Below, piece after piece: positions 25,882-35,555 of a stretch of DNA of 64,000 nt. The position numbers and the translations under genes are program-made. A model generated the notes under the pieces. The model worked only from the letters and a program-made list of their open reading frames with translations. It made no database searches and was not told the DNA's origin. Within the stretch, counting starts at the first letter, position 1. Each line of letters opens with the position of its first letter. This stretch comes from an uncultured Acidobacteriaceae bacterium (GTDB taxonomy: Bacteria; Acidobacteriota; Terriglobia; Terriglobales; Acidobacteriaceae), in the NCBI GenBank assembly GCA_963830325.1, contig CAWHMV010000019.1:17168-81167 (forward strand). Reading direction: 5' to 3'.

Positions 25882-26889
25882 ATGCCTCTCTTTCAAGGAT
25901 TCGCCGCACATGCGGCTGGCGCTGAACTACTGCCTTACAAATACGATCCTGGGGAAATCAAGCCGAATGAGGTGGAGATTGCCATCTCCCATTGCGGTAT
26001 TTGCCGCAGCGACGTCCATATGGTCGACAACGACTGGAGCATCAGCCAATATCCCCTTATTCCCGGACACGAGATTGTCGGCAAAGTCACGATCACCGGA
26101 AGCGCGGTGCTGGGACTGAATTCCGGCGACCGGGTGGGAGTGGGCTGGCAGGCCAACTCCTGTGGGCATTGTGAGTGGTGCCTGCAGGGTGAGGAAAACC
26201 TGTGTGCCGACAGTCAGGGCACTTGCGTGCATCGCCACGGCGGATACGCCGACCGGGTGCGGGTCAACGCACGGTTCGTAGTTCCCATTCCCGACGGCCT
26301 GGAAAGTGAGCGGGCCGCCCCTCTGCTCTGCGGCGGCATCACTGTCTACGCGCCGATTCGCAGCCATGGTGTCAACCCCGCTTCGCGGGTGGGGATTGTC
26401 GGCATTGGTGGGTTAGGCCATCTGGCGGTGCAGTTTGCCCACGCTTTTGGAGCGGAAGTTACGGCGTTTTCCACTTCCCCGGCCAAAGAGGCGGACGCGC
26501 GCTCGCTGGGCGCAGACAACTTCGTCAATACACGGGAAACCAAGGGGCTCAAGAATCTTGCCGGCCACTTCGACTTCATCCTCTCAACCATTGAGGCAGA
26601 CCAGGACTGGACCGCGTATGTTGCGGCACTGCGTCCCCACGGCAAACTGTGTTTCGTCGGGGTTCCGCCCGGCGTATTGGGACTCCCGGTCTTTCCCCTG
26701 GTTTCCGGCCAGAAGGTGGTCACCGGCAGCCCGCACGGAAGTCCACTCATGATCCGCGAAATGCTGCGTGTGGCCGAGCGCCACAAAGTCCAGGCCATCA
26801 CGGAGCGGTTTGCCATGTCCAAAGCAAACGACGCCATGAACAAAGTAAAGAAAAACAAGGTTCGTTATCGAGCCGTGCTGGCCACTTAA
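25882..26889 (+). CDS. NAD(P)-dependent Zn alcohol dehydrogenase (cinnamyl-alcohol-DH / YahK-like)
   Basis: Trimmed to ATG 25882 (MPLFQGFAAH...). Motifs CGICRSDVH, GHEIVGKV, CGHCEWCLQGEENLC and GIVGIGGLGH. Confidence 0.85.
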   Translation: MPLFQGFAAHAAGAELLPYKYDPGEIKPNEVEIAISHCGICRSDVHMVDNDWSISQYPLIPGHEIVGKVTITGSAVLGLNSGDRVGVGWQANSCGHCEWCLQGEENLCADSQGTCVHRHGGYADRVRVNARFVVPIPDGLESERAAPLLCGGITVYAPIRSHGVNPASRVGIVGIGGLGHLAVQFAHAFGAEVTAFSTSPAKEADARSLGADNFVNTRETKGLKNLAGHFDFILSTIEADQDWTAYVAALRPHGKLCFVGVPPGVLGLPVFPLVSGQKVVTGSPHGSPLMIREMLRVAERHKVQAITERFAMSKANDAMNKVKKNKVRYRAVLAT

Positions 26890-26968
26890 AGGCTTCGAGA
26901 TGACAAGTCTGCTCCCAGGAAGTCCTAAAGTCTTCCTGGGAACACGGAATTCCGTCCACAAAATGAAT

Positions 26969-27195
26969 TGTCATCTCGACCGGAGCGGACCCGGATTTCC
27001 TGCCACACAGGACTGGACAGGACAGCGCGTGCGCCTTTCTTTTGAGGAAAGGCGCATAATGTTTTGCCAACGCCACCAACTTAGACAGGAAATCCGGGGT
27101 AGCGCAGTGGAGAGATCTCTGTGTTGACGCCCCTTCCTGGGAATGTTTTTCGACCGAAGCGCAGCGCAGTGGAGAGACCTGCGGTTCCTCCTTGC
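26969..27195. repeat. Composite repeat: GTCATCYCGA...GCGCAGTGGAGAGAYCTG family copies with a nested hairpin module
   Basis: The region reads tgtcatctcgaccggagcggac ... gtagcgcagtggagagatctctg ... ttcgaccgaagcgcagcgcagtggagagacctgcgg. It relates to the 5399-5730 family (gtcatcccgagcgaagccgagggatctgcag). Confidence 0.7.
26990..27098 (+). repeat. ~107-nt nested stem module, copy 1
   Basis: Outer stem cccggatttcctg (26990-27002) pairs with caggaaatccggg (27086-27098). Inner hairpin gcgcctttc (27031-27039) pairs with gaaaggcgc (27047-27055). Confidence 0.85.
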
Positions 27196-27228
27196 GGCTC
27201 GCCCGTGGTCTCGACCTGCGCAACACGA

Positions 27229-27255
27229 CTTACCGCGCTTACCGCGCTTACCGCG
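27229..27255. repeat. Tandem 9-mer x3 (cttaccgcg)
   Basis: cttaccgcg cttaccgcg cttaccgcg, read directly from the sequence. Confidence 0.9.
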
Positions 27256-27323
27256 CACATATTTGCGGCATCCCCTTGGCCGCATTTGTGGTGAGAAATG
27301 CGGCCTAGTAGACTCGGTTCAGA

Positions 27324-29579
27324 ATGATGCCTCGCGTCGTAACAGCAAGTCTATTGGCTCTGATTATTTATCCACAGGTTGTTTTGGCCCAGGGAACCCG
27401 TCTCTGGGTTCAATCCCGCTACGAAGAATTTGAAAAAGGCCAACCGGAAAGCGCCGCGATTTCCAGCCGCGGATACCTGGAGGCGGGTCCCGCTCTGAAG
27501 TCGGTGTTGTTGACGCCTTCCACTTATATCTGGGATGTAGCTTCCGATAGCCAAGGCAACGCCTACCTGGCCACAGGCTCGCCGGCCACCGTGCTCAAGG
27601 TTACGAGCGCGGGTGTCTCGACCAAATTGTTTTCGACCAAGGAGCTCACCGTGCAGGCTGTACGGGTGGGCCCGGATGGTTCGGTGTACGCGGCGACAGT
27701 GCCCGGAGGTAAGGTCTATCGCATCAAGCCTGGTCAGTTCGGCCTCGACGAGAGCAGCGCCACGGTAGTGTTTGACTCCGCGGCCATGACCCAAAACGCG
27801 ACTTCAAAGCCAGGAGATCAGGCGCGTTACATCTGGGATCTGGTGTTTGATGCGCAGGGCGTGTTGTATATCGCGACAGGTGGACCTGCCGCGATTTATC
27901 GCGTCGACGTATCCTCGGCCACCCCTCGTGCGGAAGTCTTCTTTCAGAGTGACGAGCAGCATATTCGCTGCCTCCTCTTTCAACCCAACGGGGATCTCAT
28001 TGCCGGCAGTGATGGAGGAGGGCTGGTTTATCGCATTGGCAAAGACCGCAAAGCCCTGGTGATTTACGATACGCCCAAGCGTGAGGTGACGGCTCTGGCT
28101 CAATCTGCGGATGGCCGGTTGTACGTCGCGGCGGTCGGTGAAAAGACCAAGAGCACGTTGCCCCCTCTGCCGGTCCAGGGAATTGCGGTGGCCACCGCAA
28201 CCATTACCATCGTGACCCCCGGCTCGGTTCAGGCTTCCAGCAGCAATGGCCTTATTCCCGATGGCTCTGAAGTGGACGAACTGAGCCCCCAGGGAGCTCC
28301 GCGCAAGCTGTGGGCTACCCGCGATGACGTGATTTATGCCTTGCACTCTACCCCGCAGGGACTTCTGGCTGCCACCGGCAATCGAGGCCGAATCTATCGT
28401 GTTCAGGAGGACGGGTCTTTCTGGGACCTGGCTCACGCCGCAACCGGGCAGGCAACGGCGTTTGCTGCTGCTCCGGATGGGCTCTACATAGCTACCAGCA
28501 ACACCGGCAGGCTTTACAAGCTGGCAAACCAACCAGCTGCCCAGGGCACCTACCTGAGCGACGTGCTCGATTCAGGGGTATTTTCCCGGTTCGGCCGGAT
28601 GGAAGTGAATGCTGATGGCAGCGCAGGAAGTTACGAGATCTTCGCCCGCTCCGGGAACGTGGAAAATCCGGAGCGGAACTGGAGCGAGTGGCGCAAGATC
28701 ACCCCGGACGCCGGCTCTTCCGGCGTGCCTTCCGCCCGATTTGTTCAGTGGAAAGCGGTTCTTTCGCCAGGGTCTCGGATCGATTCTGTAGGTATCAATT
28801 ACCTGCCGGTGAACATCGCTCCGGTAGTGGATGAGATTGCGGTCGAGCCGGGAGCGAGAGCTAACCAACCAACCCCACCGAGCGGCCAGCCGCAGCAGGT
28901 AACCATCAATCTGCCCTCCGCCCAGAACGCTCTCAGCTACACCCAGGATCCCTCCACAGGGCCTTTAACCGCGGTCCGCGATCGCACCGCCGTGACGGTG
29001 CGCTGGTCAGCGCACGACGACAATGGCGACGAGCTGGTTTTCGATGTTTACGTCCGCGGAGACGGGGAAAAGAACTGGCGCCTGCTCCGGTCGCGCGTGA
29101 GCGAACGTTTCTATTCCTTCGATTCCATCCGTATCCCCGATGGCGGTTACCGGGTGCGCGTAGTGGCCAGCGACGCGCCCGCGCATGTTTTGGGTGATGC
29201 GCTGTCGGGTGAGCGGGAGAGCGATCACTTCATCATCGATACCACTCCGCCGGTGCTGACGGGGCTGCAGGGAAATTTGCAGTCCGGTGTGCTGCATGGC
29301 AGCTTTGTGGCTACCGATGCCACCTCGCCCATAGCCCGCGCAGAGTATTCACTCGATGCTGGCCGATGGCAGGTTCTCGAGCCGGTAGGAAAGCTCTCTG
29401 ACTCCTTGAGCGAGCACTACGACTTCAGCATCCCGCTTGCGTCGATCCCCGTGCGGCCCACTCCAGACGAGCCGGAGGGATCTCCGCCGCCCGTCACCGA
29501 CCCGCAGGAGCATATTCTTACCGTTCGCGCTTATGACCGGTACGACAACGTGAGCGCGGCAAAGACCGTTCTTCACTGA
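27324..29579 (+). CDS. Secreted seven-bladed beta-propeller protein with C-terminal Ig/Y_Y_Y-like domains
   Basis: 751 aa with a signal peptide. Seven similar blade motifs: GNAYLATGSPATVLKV, GSVYAATVPGGKVYRI, GVLYIATGGPAAIYRV, GDLIAGSDGGGLVYRI, GRLYVAAVGEK, GLLAATGNRGRIYRV, GLYIATSNTGRLYKL. The C-terminal part contains VRWSAHDDNGDELVFDVYVRGDGEKNWRLL...IPDGGYRVRVVASD. Confidence 0.7.
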   Translation: MMPRVVTASLLALIIYPQVVLAQGTRLWVQSRYEEFEKGQPESAAISSRGYLEAGPALKSVLLTPSTYIWDVASDSQGNAYLATGSPATVLKVTSAGVSTKLFSTKELTVQAVRVGPDGSVYAATVPGGKVYRIKPGQFGLDESSATVVFDSAAMTQNATSKPGDQARYIWDLVFDAQGVLYIATGGPAAIYRVDVSSATPRAEVFFQSDEQHIRCLLFQPNGDLIAGSDGGGLVYRIGKDRKALVIYDTPKREVTALAQSADGRLYVAAVGEKTKSTLPPLPVQGIAVATATITIVTPGSVQASSSNGLIPDGSEVDELSPQGAPRKLWATRDDVIYALHSTPQGLLAATGNRGRIYRVQEDGSFWDLAHAATGQATAFAAAPDGLYIATSNTGRLYKLANQPAAQGTYLSDVLDSGVFSRFGRMEVNADGSAGSYEIFARSGNVENPERNWSEWRKITPDAGSSGVPSARFVQWKAVLSPGSRIDSVGINYLPVNIAPVVDEIAVEPGARANQPTPPSGQPQQVTINLPSAQNALSYTQDPSTGPLTAVRDRTAVTVRWSAHDDNGDELVFDVYVRGDGEKNWRLLRSRVSERFYSFDSIRIPDGGYRVRVVASDAPAHVLGDALSGERESDHFIIDTTPPVLTGLQGNLQSGVLHGSFVATDATSPIARAEYSLDAGRWQVLEPVGKLSDSLSEHYDFSIPLASIPVRPTPDEPEGSPPPVTDPQEHILTVRAYDRYDNVSAAKTVLH

Positions 29580-29584
29580 GCACG

Positions 29585-30841
29585 ATGCGCTTCGAACTTT
29601 TTGTCGCCGTGCGCTACCTACGGGCGAAGCGCCGCCAGGCGGTCGTGGGCGTGATCACCGTGATTTCCATTGTCGGTGTGGCGGCGGGTGTCGCTTCCCT
29701 GATCATTGCCCTGGCTATCACCAATGGTATGCGTCGCGATTTGCAGGACCGGCTGCTGGGTTCCACGGCTCATGTGCAGTTGATGCGGGTTGCCAGCGAT
29801 GGCATCCGCGACTGGCGTTCGCTGACGGCGCGGCTGCAGCAGTTGCCCCACGTAAAGGCGGCTGCGCCAGGGCTTTATGAGCAGGTCCTCATCTCGCGCG
29901 GTGCCCGCTCCGGTGGCGCGCTGATTGAGGGCATAATCCCGCAGCAGGAACGCCGCGTCAGCGATCTGTTGTCCAACGTAACCCTGGGGAGCGCTGCTGC
30001 GCTTGATCCACAACCAAAGGGCAACCCAAATGGCAGCGAAGCCCAGGCCCCGCCGCCCATCGTCATTGGGCACGACCTGGCCGACACCATCGATGCCAAG
30101 GTGGGCGATACAGTACTGATCACCAGCCCGCAAGGGGAACTCACGCCACTTGGGCTCATACCGAAATTCCAGCGGTTTCGCGTTGCCGGCATATTTCATA
30201 CAGGCTTCTATCAGTACGACTCGAGCATGGCGTTCACCAGGCTTGCGGATGCGCAACGCCTCTTTGGCGAACCCGACGTAGTGTCAATCATTTCTTTCAA
30301 GGTGGACGATCTCTATCGCGCGGATCAGATCGGACGTGCCATCGAGCAGGCCGCGGGACCGGGATTTCTGACCACGAATTGGATGGAACAGAATCGACCC
30401 CTCTTCCGTGCGCTGCAGTTGGAACAGATCGTCACCTTCATCGTCATTGGCCTGATCGTATGTGTCGCCGCCCTGAACATCCTCACCGCGCTGACCATGA
30501 TGGTGATGGAAAAAACGCGGGATATTGCGGTCCTCATGTCGTTTGGAGTCAAACCGCGCCAGATAAGGACAATCTTCTTGCTCCAGGGGTTACTCATCGG
30601 CTTTACAGGGACCCTTTTGGGCTTGATCGCCGGCTACAGTCTTTCCTGGATCGGTGGCCACTACCACTTCATTCATCTATCCGCCGAGGTGTACTCCATC
30701 GACTATCTCCCCTTCGCTGCGCGCTGGACCGATGGGGTGATTGTGGCCGCTGTCTCCCTTGCGGTATCGCTTCTGGCTACTCTTTACCCCTCCCGCTCTG
30801 CTGCCAGGGTGCTGCCCGCTGAGGCTCTGCGCTACGAGTGA
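29585..30841 (+). CDS. Lipoprotein-releasing ABC transporter permease (LolC/LolE family, FtsX-type)
   Basis: 418 aa. MRFELFVAVRYLRAKRRQAVVGVITVISIVGVAAGVASLII..., a large periplasmic loop, and three C-terminal TM helices ending ...PAEALRYE. Confidence 0.85.
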   Translation: MRFELFVAVRYLRAKRRQAVVGVITVISIVGVAAGVASLIIALAITNGMRRDLQDRLLGSTAHVQLMRVASDGIRDWRSLTARLQQLPHVKAAAPGLYEQVLISRGARSGGALIEGIIPQQERRVSDLLSNVTLGSAAALDPQPKGNPNGSEAQAPPPIVIGHDLADTIDAKVGDTVLITSPQGELTPLGLIPKFQRFRVAGIFHTGFYQYDSSMAFTRLADAQRLFGEPDVVSIISFKVDDLYRADQIGRAIEQAAGPGFLTTNWMEQNRPLFRALQLEQIVTFIVIGLIVCVAALNILTALTMMVMEKTRDIAVLMSFGVKPRQIRTIFLLQGLLIGFTGTLLGLIAGYSLSWIGGHYHFIHLSAEVYSIDYLPFAARWTDGVIVAAVSLAVSLLATLYPSRSAARVLPAEALRYE

Positions 30842-31042
30842 AAACGGGCCCGAATCGCAGCTGGCATCTTCCGCATCAAAATGCTGTGGATATCTCGTCC
30901 GAGGTAACCACCTCAATGGAGGAGTGAACAAGGGTACTAATGTATTTTGGAGCACCCAAGCACAAACCCTCTTCCGTAGAGGGGTGCATTAGTGATACAT
31001 GAAGATAGGTCGCGATTGATTACCGACCTCAGAGGCAGATGA

Positions 31043-31810
31043 ATGGAACTGGGCGCCGCCGCAGACGAAGCCACCGCAGGCCGGCTGGGGACGCTCGGCA
31101 GCCGTCCAGGTGAGCCGGTCCCCGAGCTGGGGCCCACACTTGTGGACGTTCGCGATCTGCGCAAGGTGTACGGGAAGTTGGTTCTTTTTGAAGCAATCAA
31201 CTTTCGCGTGAGAAAGCAGGAAATGCTGGCCATCGTCGGTCAGTCGGGTGCGGGGAAAAGCACCTTGTTGCATATACTTGGGGCGCTTGATACAGCATCG
31301 GCGGGTGAAGTATACTTTGGTACAACACTCTTGCGATCCTTAACCCCCGTTGAGGCAGCGGACTTTCGCAATCGCGAGATCGGCTATGTCTGGCAGTTTC
31401 ATTATCTTCTGCCGGAGTTTACAGCTGCTGAAAACGTCGCGCTTCCCCTTCTCGCGCGAGGTAAGTCAAAAAAAGAGGCATTGCAGGAAGCCATTCACTG
31501 GCTGGGCGAAGTGGGACTGGCAGACCGGTCGACCCATCGCGCAGGTGAGCTTTCCGGCGGGGAACAGCAGCGAGTCTCCATTGCCCGCGCGCTGGTCACT
31601 AAGCCCAAACTTTTGCTGGCGGATGAGCCTACAGGAGATCTGGATAACCAGACAGCGGAAGCCCTGTTTAGCCTGTTAGAGAGCCTGCACGCAAGCTATG
31701 GTCTTACCTCAATCCTGGTGACCCACAATATGCCTCTTGCCAGGCGTTGTGATCGGGTATTGCGGTTGGCCCATGGACGGATGGAGGAAGTGTCTTCGCT
31801 GGAAGTCTGA
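31043..31810 (+). CDS. lolD: ABC transporter ATP-binding protein, LolD-like
   Basis: Walker [11 protein letters not shown]-loop, signature [15 protein letters not shown], and Walker [17 protein letters not shown] lies 7 nt before ATG 31043. The ~30-residue N-terminal extension is unusual, so a later start (GTG ~31142) cannot be excluded. Confidence 0.8.
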   Translation: MELGAAADEATAGRLGTLGSRPGEPVPELGPTLVDVRDLRKVYGKLVLFEAINFRVRKQEMLAIVGQSGAGKSTLLHILGALDTASAGEVYFGTTLLRSLTPVEAADFRNREIGYVWQFHYLLPEFTAAENVALPLLARGKSKKEALQEAIHWLGEVGLADRSTHRAGELSGGEQQRVSIARALVTKPKLLLADEPTGDLDNQTAEALFSLLESLHASYGLTSILVTHNMPLARRCDRVLRLAHGRMEEVSSLEV

Positions 31811-32009
31811 GCGCAGGCATGGTACGAACGGTTTACCCCAAAAGGGTGAGTCGTGACAGTGGCTGGATCGATATAAGATTGGTATGAGCTTCTATCCGCC
31901 CAGCCGAGTGGTTTTCCCGGAGCCAAGGGTCCCGGGAAGATGGAACAGGACGAAAGTTGCCGTAAGCGTCGAAAGGTGACGCCTTCGGGGACAACTTTTA
32001 AGGGGGAAC

Positions 32010-34466
32010 ATGTTCGAACGGTATACAGAAAAGGCGCGGCGCGTCATCTTCTTTGCACGGTATGAGGCCAGCCAGTTTGGTTCCCCATATATCGAGACAG
32101 AGCACTTGCTGCTTGGTCTTTTGCGTGAGGATAAGGCGCTGACGAATCGCTTTCTCCGCTCCCATGCTTCGGTTGAATCCATCCGGAAACAGATTGAAGG
32201 TCATACTACGATTCGGGAGAAGGTTTCTACTTCTGTCGATCTGCCTTTGTCGAACGAGTGCAAGCGGGTTCTGGCGTACGCAGCTGAGGAAGCAGAGCGT
32301 TTATCGCATAAGCACATTGGTACGGAACATCTGTTGTTGGGACTGCTGCGCGAGGAGAAGTGCTTCGCAGCGGAGATATTGCACGAGCGCGGACTGCGTC
32401 TGCTCGCTATTCGTGAAGAGTTGGCACGGGCCACGCAAGAGAAGGCTCCGCCTTCCCAACGGAATCGCGAATCCAGCCTGCTGGTAGAGTTTTCTCGCGA
32501 CCTGACCCAGGCCGCGATGGACAACCAACTCGACCCCCTGGTCGGCCGCGATCAGGAACTCGAGCGTGTGGTCCAGATCCTGTGCCGCCGCACCAAGAAC
32601 AATCCGGTTTTGATCGGCGAGCCCGGAGTAGGAAAGACGGCCATTGTCGAAGGGCTGGCGCAGCGTATCTCCGACGGCGAGGTGCCGAGTTTTCTGGCCG
32701 ACAAGCGCGTACTGGCTCTCGATCTGTCGCTCATCGTTGCCGGAACCAAGTACCGCGGCCAATTTGAAGAGCGGCTTAAGACCATCATGAAGGAGTTGAT
32801 GGAGAACCAGAACTCCATCATCTTCATCGACGAGCTTCACACCCTGGTGGGCGCAGGCTCAGCTGAGGGTTCGCTCGACGCGGCCAACATCCTGAAGCCG
32901 GCTCTCTCTCGCGGCGAGATTCAATGCATCGGCGCAACCACGCCGGCGGAATATCGCAAGTCGATCGAGAAAGACCGCTCGCTGGAGCGTCGTTTTCAGG
33001 CAGTGAAAGTACCGCCTCCGAACGAAGAAGATGCGATCAAGATCATCATGGGGATTAAGGACCGCTACGAGAAATTCCATGCGGTCAGCTACACCGATGA
33101 CTCGATCCACTTCGCGGTGTCGCACTCTAACCGCTACATTCCGGATCGGTTTCTTCCAGATAAGGCAATTGATCTTATCGACGAAGCAGGAGCTCGCGTA
33201 AAACTGCGCCAGACCTCGCTGCCGGAAGAGATTACTGAGGTGCAGAAGCGCATCAAGTTCATCGTTCATCGCATGGAAAACGCGATCGCGAACCATGAAT
33301 TTGAGAAGGCGCGGTTCTACTCTGACGAGGAGCGTAAGGAGCGCGAGAACCTGCGCGCCCTGCGCGACAAGTATCACCTGGATGATTCGACGGCCGGCAT
33401 TGTCGGACGCGAGGACATCGAGGACGTGGTCAGCCGCTGGACTGGGGTTCCGATCACGTCAATCAAAGAGGAAGAGACCCAAAAGCTGCTCCGCGTCGAG
33501 GAAGAGCTGCATAAGCGTGTGATTTCACAGGACAAGGCGATCTCCGCCCTGTCTCGCGCGATTCGCCGCTCCCGTGCGGGTCTCAAGTCGCCCAATCGTC
33601 CTATCGGTTCGTTCCTGTTCCTGGGCCCGACCGGTGTGGGCAAGACGGAAATGGCGCGCACCTTGGCCCAGTTCCTCTTCGGTAGTGAGAAGGCTCTGAT
33701 CCGCTTCGATATGTCGGAGTTCATGGAGAAGCACTCGGTCTCCAAGCTCATCGGTTCGCCTCCGGGCTACGTGGGCTACGAGGAAGGTGGCCAACTCACC
33801 GAGCGGGTGAAGCGTTCGCCCTACTCCGTGGTCCTGTTGGATGAAATCGAGAAGGCGCATCCAGATGTGTTCAACATCCTGTTGCAGGTTTTCGAAGACG
33901 GTCAGCTTACCGACGGTCTGGGCAACACGGTGGATTTCAAGAACTCGATTATCATCATGACCTCCAACATCGGTGCAAGGCACCTGCAGAGGAAGCAGGG
34001 GCTTGGCTTCCAATCAGACAGGGAAGACCTGTTGATGGACAAGATGGAGGAACTGGTCAAGAACGAGGTGAAGCGGACCTTCAATCCAGAGTTCCTGAAC
34101 AGGCTGGATGAAGTCATCATCTTCCTGTCGCTTTCGGATGCGGATCTGATCCAGATTCTGGAGTTGCTGGTGCAGCAACTGAATTCCAATCTGATTCAGA
34201 AGGCGATCACGCTCTCGGTGACCGAGGATGCCAAGAAGTGGATTCTGGAGAAAACGCTAGTCGACCGCACCTACGGAGCAAGACCCTTGCGCCGTGCCCT
34301 GCAGCGCTACGTCGAGGATCCATTATCCGAAGCATTGATCGCGGGCGGTATCGCTGAGCGTCCCGCGTTCCTCGAGGTCTACCTTGAAAACAACCAGCTT
34401 TTCTACCGCCCAGTAAGCGAAGTGGGAGAAGACAAGTCGACGGGCATCCTGCTCTTCAGCAACTAG
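32010..34466 (+). CDS. clpC: ATP-dependent Clp protease ATP-binding subunit ClpC
   Basis: 818 aa. Duplicated Clp_N repeats ([40 protein letters not shown] / ...[14 protein letters not shown]). Two AAA+ modules ([13 protein letters not shown]; [13 protein letters not shown]) and a UVR-like linker. Confidence 0.92.
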   Translation: MFERYTEKARRVIFFARYEASQFGSPYIETEHLLLGLLREDKALTNRFLRSHASVESIRKQIEGHTTIREKVSTSVDLPLSNECKRVLAYAAEEAERLSHKHIGTEHLLLGLLREEKCFAAEILHERGLRLLAIREELARATQEKAPPSQRNRESSLLVEFSRDLTQAAMDNQLDPLVGRDQELERVVQILCRRTKNNPVLIGEPGVGKTAIVEGLAQRISDGEVPSFLADKRVLALDLSLIVAGTKYRGQFEERLKTIMKELMENQNSIIFIDELHTLVGAGSAEGSLDAANILKPALSRGEIQCIGATTPAEYRKSIEKDRSLERRFQAVKVPPPNEEDAIKIIMGIKDRYEKFHAVSYTDDSIHFAVSHSNRYIPDRFLPDKAIDLIDEAGARVKLRQTSLPEEITEVQKRIKFIVHRMENAIANHEFEKARFYSDEERKERENLRALRDKYHLDDSTAGIVGREDIEDVVSRWTGVPITSIKEEETQKLLRVEEELHKRVISQDKAISALSRAIRRSRAGLKSPNRPIGSFLFLGPTGVGKTEMARTLAQFLFGSEKALIRFDMSEFMEKHSVSKLIGSPPGYVGYEEGGQLTERVKRSPYSVVLLDEIEKAHPDVFNILLQVFEDGQLTDGLGNTVDFKNSIIIMTSNIGARHLQRKQGLGFQSDREDLLMDKMEELVKNEVKRTFNPEFLNRLDEVIIFLSLSDADLIQILELLVQQLNSNLIQKAITLSVTEDAKKWILEKTLVDRTYGARPLRRALQRYVEDPLSEALIAGGIAERPAFLEVYLENNQLFYRPVSEVGEDKSTGILLFSN

Positions 34467-34486
34467 CAGGTCGTACGTTAAGCAAT

Positions 34487-34516
34487 GGGCCGGGGGCGAA
34501 AGTCTCCGGCCTTTTT
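34487..34516 (+). terminator. Rho-independent terminator of clpC
   Basis: gggccggggg-cgaaag-tctccggcc followed by TTTTT, 20 nt after the stop. Confidence 0.8.
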
Positions 34517-34590
34517 GCGTTTTGATGGGGCTACCCCACTGGGCTCATACGGACTCTGGGTGGAAAGCCGCACCTCACGGGCTAAGAGCC

Positions 34591-34782
34591 TGCGTGAGAA
34601 CGACCATGACGAGATTGAGTCCCGTAGGGACGGCTGAACTTAGCCCAGGACGCTAGTCCTGGGTTGGATTTGCAAGCACGACCAGTCCCGCAGGGACGGC
34701 TGGAAATAGGCCGCGACGAAATCCTGGAAAATCTTCAGCCGTCCCTGCGGGACTCATCTTGCAATCGGTAGGTTCTCACGCA
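34591..34782. repeat. MITE-like fold-back element, copy C
   Basis: tgcgtgagaac (34591-34601) ... gttctcacgca (34772-34782). The interior holds gtcccgtagggacggctgaacttagcccaggacgctagtcctggg, gtcccgcagggacggctggaa, and the inverted cagccgtccctgcgggact. Confidence 0.85.
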
Positions 34783-34929
34783 CATACGCACATACTAAAG
34801 CCCTCATCGACGCAGCCTATTACGGCACAGTCGAAAACGACATCTAAACCTTTTAGAACCATCATGGGCGAATCCGATGGTTTTCATCACCTTGGGTGAG
34901 CCGCAGGCTCATGGGGACACGGCTGAACA

Positions 34930-35061
34930 GGCTGCGGAAAAACTCGGTTTCAGGGTAGGCCGGGGATTTATCCCCGGCATAAAGGTTGTCATCTTTGTGG
35001 CCTTTAGGCCCTGAGGTACGCTTTTTCCGGTACCTTGCCAAAAGCGTGCCTCAGGGGCTGC
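34930..35061. repeat. Hairpin-rich repeat block (GGCTGCGGAAAAACTC ... GCCGGGGA-ttta-TCCCCGGC ... CCTGAGGTACGC IR)
   Basis: A perfect 8-bp hairpin lies at ~34959-34978. The inverted pair is cctgaggtacgctttt / aaaagcgtgcctcagg. Track ORF 34909..35121 is a translation of this block. Confidence 0.7.
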
Positions 35062-35335
35062 CAACGCGTATGCCAAACCCGAGTGACCTTTGGGCTTGTA
35101 CTCCCGTGCCGAAAAAATCATCTAGCCACTTACATCAAACCTGGAAAGGCTTTATCTCTTAGAGTAGAAGATATCGGCAGGCGACGGCTTCTCACGCAAC
35201 CGCGCCCTGGCCGGCAGTTGCCGGTAGTTTCGGCCTTCCGCGTGAGCGAAGGATAGCTTCACCGCTGTCCGGTCCCTCGCCCTATCCCTGTCTCAAAATC
35301 ACCAACAACAGCCATCCGTGGCCTACCGCTGCTTC

Positions 35336-35472
35336 AAAGGCTGCTGAAAAACTCGCCTCTCTGAAGGGGACGGCCTTTAGGCCGTCCATAACTGCTGTGC
35401 AATGAAACCGGCTTTAGCCGCTGAGGGCTGCTTTCTTCTCAAAGCCGGCATTTTTTCCTCAGCCTGCTTCAA
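35336..35472. repeat. Hairpin-rich repeat block (GGCTGCTGAAAAACTC ... GGACGGCC-ttta-GGCCGTCC ... )
   Basis: The hairpin ggacggcctttaggccgtcc lies at ~35368-35387, together with the gccggcttt / aaagccggc pair. It shares its opening ggctgc(g/t)gaaaaactc with 34930. Confidence 0.7.
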
Positions 35473-35555
35473 CCCCTCTGTGTCACGAACAGATCCCCAA
35501 AACAAATTCGTTGTGAGCCCCCGACAAACCAGCAAACCAAGGAACGAGAAGACCT

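Noticed and set aside
27229-27255. 9-mer x3 tandem (cttaccgcg), and the 19-bp x2 tandem at 11584-11621
   Set aside because: These are too short and low in copy number to be more than slippage or duplication products. They are recorded as features only.
34467-35555. Possible tRNA/tmRNA integration site next to the TerS-like gene
   Set aside because: I found no cloverleaf-compatible segment, no GGGGCTGA... tmRNA 5' end and no ...CCACCA 3' end by eye. This needs tRNAscan/ARAGORN to be definitive.
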